A DNA stretch of 64,000 nucleotides, from positions 31,992,001 through 32,056,000 of the forward strand of contig OX597817.1 of assembly GCA_951406725.2 (NCBI GenBank). The letters are read 5' to 3'. The translations under genes were made by a program, and so were the position numbers. Every line of letters begins with the position of its first letter. The first letter of the stretch is position 1. Below are positions 54,605-64,000 of this stretch, piece by piece. The notes below the pieces were generated by a model, which saw only the letters and a program-made list of their open reading frames with translations, was not told where the DNA came from and did no database searches. This DNA comes from Octopus vulgaris (lineage: Eukaryota).

Positions 54605-54779
54605 CCGCAGGCTATACTCTTCTGGCAAACGGTATCTTGATTGGATGAAGTTTACATTGACGTAAGGAGGAACATGTCAACAGTCTGATCGAATCGTCCG
54701 TGTGTTGACATATCCCTCTTTACGACAACGTAAACTACCTTTAATCACGATACTCTTGGCGTGAATAGTTATCCTGCAG
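54605..54779. mobile_element. Imperfect palindromic MITE (~78-bp arms, ~20-nt loop) flanked by TATA
   Basis: ccgcagg...gtatcttgatt...agtttacattgacgtaaggaggaacatgtcaaca versus tgttgacatatccctctttacgacaacgtaaact...aatcacgatac...cctgcag. Confidence 0.75.
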
Positions 54780-55098
54780 TATACACCTCGCTTGGATTTT
54801 TACCACTTCCGAGGTTCCGCTCGCTATGAAACATATGTAGCCCGGATCATATCTACTTTATTCCTTAAATCTTGTATTTTATTTTATTCGCATTCATGGA
54901 AACCCTGGCTGCCTGCTGTAATATAAAAAAAAAAATTTTTTTGAGCTTACGATAAAAAGCCTACAACTTTCCATCTCAATAAACCAACCACTATTGTTCC
55001 TGAAAGTTGTTTTTTATATATTTTCTACGGCTTGCTTGAAACTCACCTTCTTCCTACTTCCTACATCTCGATCCTTGAATCTTGCATAATTATATATG

Positions 55099-55173
<75 letters not shown>

Positions 55174-56169
55174 GTATGTATGTATGTATGTATATGCATA
55201 CACACATACACACATATTTATGCATATATAGACTCATATACATACGCATATATATGTATGTGTACAAATATATATATATATATATATATATGTCTATACA
55301 TATACTTTAATTAGATTGAGTGAATGCATATTTATATGAAATGCAATTTTAATCTTCGCTTAACTCCATATTGAGCCTACCCAAGAAAATTAATTTTTTT
55401 AGACTTTCTCACCCTTCATTTCATTAACTCTCAACCCGGATTTCTTATTTCTTGATGTAGATTTTTACCTATTAATTTTGAAATCTATTCTTAACCTCGG
55501 TCTTAATCCCTAGTTAACATGTTTTGTTTATTTAGCCCCCCCATTCTATTAAACCTGTGTTTCTACATCCTATGCTTTAAACCAAAAACATAAACCGCTT
55601 TTTCCTAATAATTAAACGACAGTTAATCCTCTTGAATTCCACCTCTAGTTTGCGTATTCAATATTTTCATCAAACAGTAAACTTTATTAATTAAAAAACA
55701 TTTTCAATTTGCGACCGAAATAAGTAAATTAATAGGTATTATATTTTTTATTTTCAAAACATGGATTAAATATTGCTTAAAACTCACCTTCTTTCTTCTC
55801 GATCCTTGAACCTTGCAATATATATATATATAAAATTCTGTAGGCTAGCTTCCCCGATTTCAGCACGACGTGTATTTATAGTGAGTGTATAATGATATGT
55901 GGAAATTGACGATTTAAAGTCTGTTATCAGCATATTGGCATGGAAATAATTTTTCTTTTGCCCATGTTTATAAGTTGTTTATAATTTTAACCTTTAAAGG
56001 TATTTTAATATGCTGCCACTTTTTGATGAAATTTTTTATGAAAAAATTTCATCCTATATTAGTAGTATATATATATATATATATATGTGTGTATATATAT
56101 ATACCTTAATCAGATTGTGTGTATACATATTTATATGAGATGCATTTTTAACCTTCGCTTAACTCCGCT

Positions 56170-56760
56170 ATACATACAGATATACATATATATAACAAAT
56201 GAAAGACAGAATATGAAATATGCGAGAATTTATAACAAATCACGATAATTGTTTCGACACATCTAGCATCGATTCCTCCTGGGTGGGACACTCAACAACT
56301 GATTCAGGAGCATCCAGTGGTGCAGATGTATCTCGTCGGGTGATAAATAAATACAACTCGTTAAAATTACTGTCCCGCAATGTAACTTTCCGTTCTGTAG
56401 AGAGAAAAGTAGCCAGACGGAGGAAATATCTTCATATATATAAAAGATCTAAAAGAAAATCACAGATAACAAAAAGAGAAACGAACACGCAATCCAGCGA
56501 GAAAAGTATTTAAAATAACCGGTAACACGTATGGATCTATAAACGCCCTCGGGCAAGTTGCATGGCGCGAGTACACTCGCTCATACAAACATCCGTAAAA
56601 ATGTGAGCATACGCAGACGTGAGGTTTTATGCACACATGATCACCAAGCGAGTTATTTATCAACTTGGTGTTTATAAGAATTGGGTGGGAGGTTAACAGT
56701 AAACTCAGGTCATCCATATCTTAAAGTAAATTAAGTTAACGGTTACTCAAAATTCATTCT
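56170..56760 (-). mobile_element. PLE-like 3' relic with hammerhead (56239-56344)
   Basis: AUCAC-CCGACGA-GAUACAUCU...AGAUGUGUC-GAAA-CAAUUA-UC|GUGAU (stem III G>A damaged). Upstream KIFP loosely resembles a PLE EN C-terminus. Confidence 0.65.
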
Positions 56761-56984
56761 CGCTGCATTGTGCGAAAGTACATTTATATGCGTGTAGGAG
56801 AGTCGTTCAGAAATTCTATTAATTATCTTCTCGTTAGTCCACAGAATAGACAAGGATTCCTTGGAGCAGAGACAGCATCTCCTTGAAATTATATTGTATG
56901 GTTTCGCATGCATTACTATGGATCAATTAATGCGGTACTTCGTTTTATCCTCCTTCACACACACACACATATATATATATATGT

Positions 56985-57163
<179 letters not shown>

Positions 57164-57896
57164 TACTTTTGATATCGTTTTGACTTCAGTTTTCGGTCAA
57201 CCTGATAACTTGCAAGCCTAAATTTTGTCATGCTTTTTGTTCATATTGATCTTCATTATGCCTAATGATCCAGTCATATCTGGTCATTGCTTTAATTTTA
57301 ATAATATACATCTTGTTTCGTCCCATTTCAACATCATTTGTCTGTGACAAGTTTTCAAACGTCTTTCCACTTTTGGCCAGAAAGAATCGATAAGACTATG
57401 AGCGAGCAAAGATTTTCGTTGAAGTTCTTGATAATTATATCGGGATGGTTTTCTTTGATCTCCTTACCTGTCCAGAGAGGCCGATCCCAGATGTTTGCGG
57501 CCAGATCGTTGTCAAGTATCGGTGTTGTACACGTTTACTCTGAAGTGTCTACCGTTTGTCTAGTGAAAAACGTTAATGATTCCATTGTATCTATAAATAT
57601 ATTCAAGCTTTTCAAGAAGTAAGAAACAAGAACTGATTTGATCAGTTATCTCCTTGTACTCAATGTACAGACTGCACTTTGTTTTAGCCACTTGTTTCAT
57701 TAAGTTTCATTATGACTGTCATAATAAGAAACACCAGAATGGCAGAAATTAATGTCACTTATCTGTCTTTGAACTGATATGCTATGGACGGCGACTTTGA
57801 CGTTCACTCCAATAGGATCAGTAAAATATGTACCAGTGATATAATGAGACCGTTTTAATGCAATAAAAGTAATTTGCTCTCGCGCGAATGTGAAAT

Positions 57897-58020
<124 letters not shown>

Positions 58021-58312
58021 TTATTTCAATAATCTTATTCTTATTGCGTGCTTTTCCTGCAAAACTGAACACTGTTCTCTGTGTGTTGAGTTTAAAATAC
58101 TTTGTGGACAGCTTAAGAAAAATTAGACGTAAATGAATAATGAAATTTTTAAAGAATCAAGAGCTGATGGACAAAACTACTACGATTTCGGAAACTAAAA
58201 TTGGACAAATTCATCTCCGCCGAAAAAAAAAAAAAAAAGATAGTAATTTGAAAACGAGTAAAGGACATCATGAGACAAATGAATTAATGATTTGTTATAT
58301 TAACTAGCTGCA

Positions 58313-58495
58313 AGACGGCGAGCTGGTAGACGGGGGAAAATGCTTAGCGGTATTTCGCCCGTCTTTACGTTCTGAGTTCAAATTCTTTCATCCTTTCAGG
58401 GTCGATAAAATAAGTACCAGTTGAATACTAGAGTCGCTGTAATCGACTTAAATCCACCCACGAAACTCTTGGTCCTGTGCCAAAATTTGAAACTT
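58313..58495 (+). mobile_element. SINE family A, deleted copy
   Basis: gacggcgagctggtaga...gggtcgataaaataagtaccag. Confidence 0.8.
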
Positions 58496-58749
58496 ATATA
58501 TTAGCTGGTTGTAACGTTTCTTGGTTTTATTTAGCGACAGATCAGCCGTATTCAAGTAAAAAATTATGATCACAAAACATTCTAATTGTTACTACCACAC
58601 GTTTATGTAACACCTATTTTATGCAATATATCTTTCCTGTTTTAAAGATTTGGTGTGGTTTGATGGAGGAGATTTGACAGCTATTCCTGGCTAGATAAAA
58701 AAAAACTATGTAAAGACTCCCTCGTTGGTTCGCTGCAGATGTGGCAATA

Positions 58750-60890
58750 TCTGGTGTTGAATTTAAAACAAGCAAAAAGAACAACGGCCGTGTTTTTAGA
58801 GACCGTGGAAGAACGACGAAAAGTCGTCAAAAAAGATATGAGTTAGCTTTTCCAATTCCATAAAATAATATGAAAATTCAAGCTGATAAAATATTTTAAA
58901 GAAACTGAAAATAACGACAAAACCTTATATGGACTGTAATAAAATGTATTTTTAAAAAAACAATCAAAGCAGGACTAGAGAAAATAAACATCAACAATAG
59001 AAAAGGCAATATAAACATAACAATATTTATGAATAAGGAAAAAATATACTATCAAAAACTAAACTGCGCCGAAGAACAACAAGGAATTGACGTTGCCAGA
59101 TGTGGATGAATCAAAATACTGGTCAGTCATTTTAGAGTAACAAGCTGGAACATAAAAGGAATGCAGAATGGATGAAGTATTAACTGATAGCTTTCTAAAA
59201 ACAAAGCAACACCGAGTATTTTTAACGAAAGAAAATAAAATGAGAAGACTAAGAATACACCATATTGGAAAGTTTCAATTCCAGATGGAGGTTTCTAACT
59301 TTAAAAAGTTATGAGTGTGCACTAGTACTTGGTAAGGTATCTTGTTTATGCATTATAGTGTATTGTATCATTGTGGTAAAAAGAAATAACTGTCCTTATA
59401 AACCAAATTCATAGAAAAGGGTCCAAACTAAGAAATCTCATGTTTAGCATATTGGTGTAGAAACTGCTGTCAGGGTTCGTAGTTGAAGGGTTTTATTCAT
59501 TCATAGAAATAAAATACCAATCTCATATGGAATCGAAAACATATTAAAAGCAACAGATAATCTATTGTATATTGACAGAATGATACTTCAGATGAAAGAA
59601 AAATATAAAGGAAAACAATATAGGAATAATAGAGTGATTGAGTGAAAGCACGTAGATCACTCCCGCATTCTTCGATCCTAAAGTGTTTTAAAGTATTTGG
59701 CATCTATGGTGTAATACAAAATTCATTCAGGCGCGCATGAGGCCTTCACGAGATCAAAGCAATTGCATGTCCGATCGATATATTACCAAGGAGAAATCAA
59801 ATGTATCATCTACTTAAAAGGAATAGAGGAATCAACCATCTAATGTTCACAAGTGCCTGATATATTTAAATGTGAGAAGTAAATGGATATTTTCATGCAA
59901 CAAAAATAATGAGATGCAGTTTGATCCTGAGAGTGTGTTATCGTTATAGGAAAGAGATTGAAATAGGATGAAAGCTGAGGAAATCAACTTTCCAGATAAC
60001 AAAGCAATGATACCACTGAAGAAAGATGAGGGACATCAATATCTGAATTCGTTGCTGGTTGGTGATATGAAACAGAAAATGAAAAGTAAAAGCTAGAAGA
60101 TAAACGATGAAATCAGAAAGATTTCAACTACATATCTAAATGCGGGAAACATCATTTCAAAGAAACTAAGCAACATTATTAAAATATTCCTTTACCTATC
60201 TTTAATTTGTAAAAAATAAATTTAATATGAATAAATGCAGACAAATGTTAGCAACACAGTATGGGTTGCATTGAAATTTCAGTGTTATTAGACTGGAAGA
60301 CAAAATAATAAACTCTGATAAACCTACAACTGCATAGAAGCTATGTGAAACATACGAGTTTGGGTATTTTTGTCTTGTTTAACCACATGTCAGCCCTGAT
60401 GTGGGAATCCTATGATCCAAAGTTTTCCAGTTGCCTATTTCTCCCTGACATAGTATTTCTAAAACTACATTTTTACAACTTACTCTTGTTTTTCAGTACT
60501 CTAGAGTGCGATTTCAATGAGATTTGACAGCTCTATCTAGCAATTCGAGCGTGCAGTAGAGGCGTTGCTTCGCTTGCTCGTGGTAAAATGCAGTCAAGGG
60601 ATTTACATTGATCGTATATATTGGATGTGGATCACTAAGGAACTTGAAGCTTTTGGGGTTTTGTGGAAGTTAAGATACAAAAAAGGCGTTCAATGTGTGA
60701 GAATAAAGGAGTATGCAAAATGTTTTCGATCACGAGATTAGCTGTCATCAATAAATCAGAAGTGAATTACATTTCTTGTTAGGGGGAAAATAGCAAAGAA
60801 TATGAGTAGCTCTTACAAGTTACCGATCAGAGTGTATAGTTAAGATATGATAGATTAGTACGAGGATATGGTATGAGTTCGTGGGACAGT
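58750..60890 (+). pseudogene. Highly decayed R4/Dong-like RLE LINE, interrupted at ~60345-60580 by another repeat
   Basis: Remnants FMNKEKIYYQKLN, PDVDESKYW, EHKRNAEWM, INHLMF, MQF..E, EGHQYL, LNAGNII, AVINKSE occur in the expected order. Confidence 0.7.
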
Positions 60891-61300
60891 GATCAGATGT
60901 TCCGATAGCAGCATGGATTATCTTTCCAGTATGAAGGTTGGATTACAGACGGGAAGCAAGTGGCTTTCGAGAGTCGGTATCTACACATTCTGTGTATATT
61001 GGTATTAGTGGTGGAGAAGGTGGCGGAGAGGGGGATGAGGAGGGTGAGGAGGAAGAGATAGAGGAGGTAGGAAAAAGTTGTCACATGGCCGGCGGGATTT
61101 GAAAACCACATCTGCTCTAAACCGTATAGTTATGCTCTATGTAAGTGTGTATATGTGTATGTATGCGTATATGTATAAAATAACATTATGTTTTTATATT
61201 TAAATAGAATATTGAATGTGACTGTGTGTGTATGTCAAAACAATTTATTTAAACAAATAATTTGTTTGATCAAACACCTACTCACAACAGGAGCCTACAT

Positions 61301-61391
<91 letters not shown>

Positions 61392-62464
61392 ATCGCATAT
61401 ATACATATATATATAAACATGCAATGCACAATACTGATGCTACAAGGTGGTCTAAATATCTCATACAGTTTTCTATACAGACAAATCTCTTCAAAGCTTT
61501 CTGATAATTTTATTATTATAAGCATATGTTCCCTATAAACAGAGAAAGAAAGGATCAACAATATATTTGCAGAGTATTTTTAGATACATTTAGTTAATAA
61601 TGTAATATACTTTTATTCAATTTGTCCAAGACTTCCATTCTCAAAGGATAGTTTGAATGAAGTCAAAACTGATTCCGACAGTGAAAGAAATATATGTGTC
61701 TGAAATTATATCTTTAATCAGTAAGGAACGTAGATGTCGTTGTCGTCTTTTGACGCAGGAAGACATTAGAAAAAAGATGGCGTATATCACACACTTAACT
61801 GAATTCAAGAAAGGTCGTCTACTTATCCTGGAGATGAATGAAATCACATGGTAACGGTGATTATGTTTTAAAAAGAGAGAAATAAATAAATAAAAACAAT
61901 TAAGAAAAAGAATGAAATGGTCTTGGCATTTCGAAAGATTTTTGAGCATGATTGAAGCTTTCATCAACGAGCAAAGGAAAATCAACACCTAATCGTAGTA
62001 TTTTAACACTTAATTATTTTCTTACACACTTGACTTGTTCCTATAGGTTGTGTTAGTCTCCCTTTTCTTGTCCGTAAACTTAATCCCGGCGATTAGGTTT
62101 TGAGCTGTTGTTACTGTTTGAAAAACATGAAGGCTACGTTTAATGTCAATTAGTGTCAACAATAACGTATACGAGACAACACAATCCAACGCATAAGCGT
62201 CAATCTGATTCCTAAACATGTTAAGTCTAGCGAACAGCCTAAAACACAACACAATCCGTGTTGGGAATGAAATTGGTGGGGAGGTAGATCCGCTCTGGAG
62301 CGTGTGTGCGTGTGTGATTACATGCATTGATACAAGCTCGCAAATATTAACAGACATACAAAATATACACACACACACATATAATACATATATATATGTG
62401 TATACAAATGTATAAGTATATGTATATATATATATATATGTATACATACAAACATATATATATG

Positions 62465-62508
<44 letters not shown>

Positions 62509-62513
62509 CATAC

Positions 62514-62543
<30 letters not shown>

Positions 62544-62545
<2 letters not shown>

Positions 62546-63113
62546 GATGCCAAGGATTTAGCGGTACATATGTTTCGGGCCTTTATTAGACGGTTTTATA
62601 ACAATGCATAATGTGTGTCTAAAGCCTTCTTCAGCCGCGTACAATTACTACTTCAAGGACATGTATTACATTATGAGTTTTACGTTGGGGATGCAAATCC
62701 TCATAGTCGCGTACGACAGAGTGGGGCACCAACACAAAATTTTGTAATTTTGTAATTTTTACTACCTTTTGCACCCACCACCCTCCCTCTTTGTGATCAC
62801 TAACTCACTAAAGGTTCAACCCCCCAACCCCTTCCCTCTCTATCTCAACATCCAAACTTCCTCATTTTACATCGAGTGAAAGACGGGATGGACGCTTCGA
62901 TTTTGTGTTGGTGCCCCACTCTGTCGTACGCGACTATGAGGATTTGCATCCCCAACGTAAAACTCATAATGTAATACATGTCTTTGAAGTAGTAATTGTA
63001 CGCGGCTGAAGAAGGCTATAGACACACATTATGCATTGTTATAAAACCGTCTAATAAAGGCCCGAAACATATGTACCGCTAAATCCTTGGCATCATGTTT
63101 TTATTTTGATTAA
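62544..63113. mobile_element. Fold-back hammerhead element: 197-bp arms (62544-62740 / 62900-63096), 159-bp spacer, one hammerhead per arm
   Basis: Arms differ at ~2 positions. Hammerheads at 63002-63079 (+) and 62561-62638 (-). The left arm abuts (TA)n; only the right arm has the tail gtttttattttgattaat. Confidence 0.9.
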
Positions 63114-63229
63114 TATACTCTATCACCTACACCACTAAATGGTATATACAGGTGCTTACAATTATCAAGTATTCACCCTGAATTTATATATATATACATG
63201 CTTGATCGCTAGATCCACAAGTTTTTTTT

Positions 63230-63382
63230 TTTCTCTACTTTACTTTCTCTTATTCTTTTCTGTTGAAGGACGTAGGCTCGAAACATAAAAGAATTTCTCA
63301 CTTTCCCGAGCTTCAAACTAATACACCTGCTTGTTCATACACCTGTCTTCAGCTTTTGTTTTTCTGTAAATTTCAACTACTT
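63230..63382 (+). mobile_element. Short element with degenerate hammerhead-like core ending at (TA)n
   Basis: ttcttt-t-ctgttga-aggac(gtag)gctc-gaaacata-aaagaa at 63253-63293. Confidence 0.45.
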
Positions 63383-63411
63383 ATATTATATATACATATA
63401 AACATACATGT

Positions 63412-63478
<67 letters not shown>

Positions 63479-63547
63479 TATATATGTATATATATACATA
63501 TATAAATATATATATGAATAAATATATGTTTATATAATATACGCATA

Positions 63548-63578
<31 letters not shown>

Positions 63579-63661
63579 GCATATATATGTATATATATAC
63601 ATATATAAATATATATATATGAATAAATATATGTTTATATAATATACACATATATATGTAT

Positions 63662-63695
<34 letters not shown>

Positions 63696-63698
63696 ATC

Positions 63699-63756
<58 letters not shown>

Positions 63757-63864
63757 TTATATATGCATATATATTATATACATATATGTATATATATATA
63801 TATATATACATGCATATATATATGTACATTATATATGCATATATATTATATACATATATGTATG

Positions 63865-63933
<69 letters not shown>

Positions 63934-64000
63934 CAAACACACTGACGAAAATACACACACATAAAGGGATTGAAAACGAAAACATATCAGTGTGTTTTGA

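Overview
This is AT-rich, microsatellite-saturated eukaryotic DNA. The SINE families and repeat landscape resemble an octopus (coleoid cephalopod) genome; that is an inference, since no search was run. No intact protein-coding gene can be supported, and almost every ORF in the track is a (TA)n/(CA)n/trinucleotide artefact. Recognisable content: three abundant tRNA-derived SINE families (several copies with clear TSDs), three Tc1/mariner remnants, two MITEs, R4/Dong-like and RTE-like LINE relics, a Gypsy LTR+gag relic and several Penelope-like (PLE) GIY-YIG/RT relics. The main signal is about 10 minimal type-I hammerhead ribozyme motifs in short non-coding elements at (TA)n tracts. Two of these have compensatory changes of the 3:8 core pair (U3:A8 and A3:U8). 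Five insertions are fold-back structures in which only one arm carries the 3' tail. One of them is a tRNA-headed, hammerhead-tailed SINE with a 14-bp TSD and 5' inversions. Together these suggest a ribozyme-based non-autonomous retroelement system using Penelope-like machinery. Coordinates and mismatch counts were made by eye; ends of degenerate elements are approximate.
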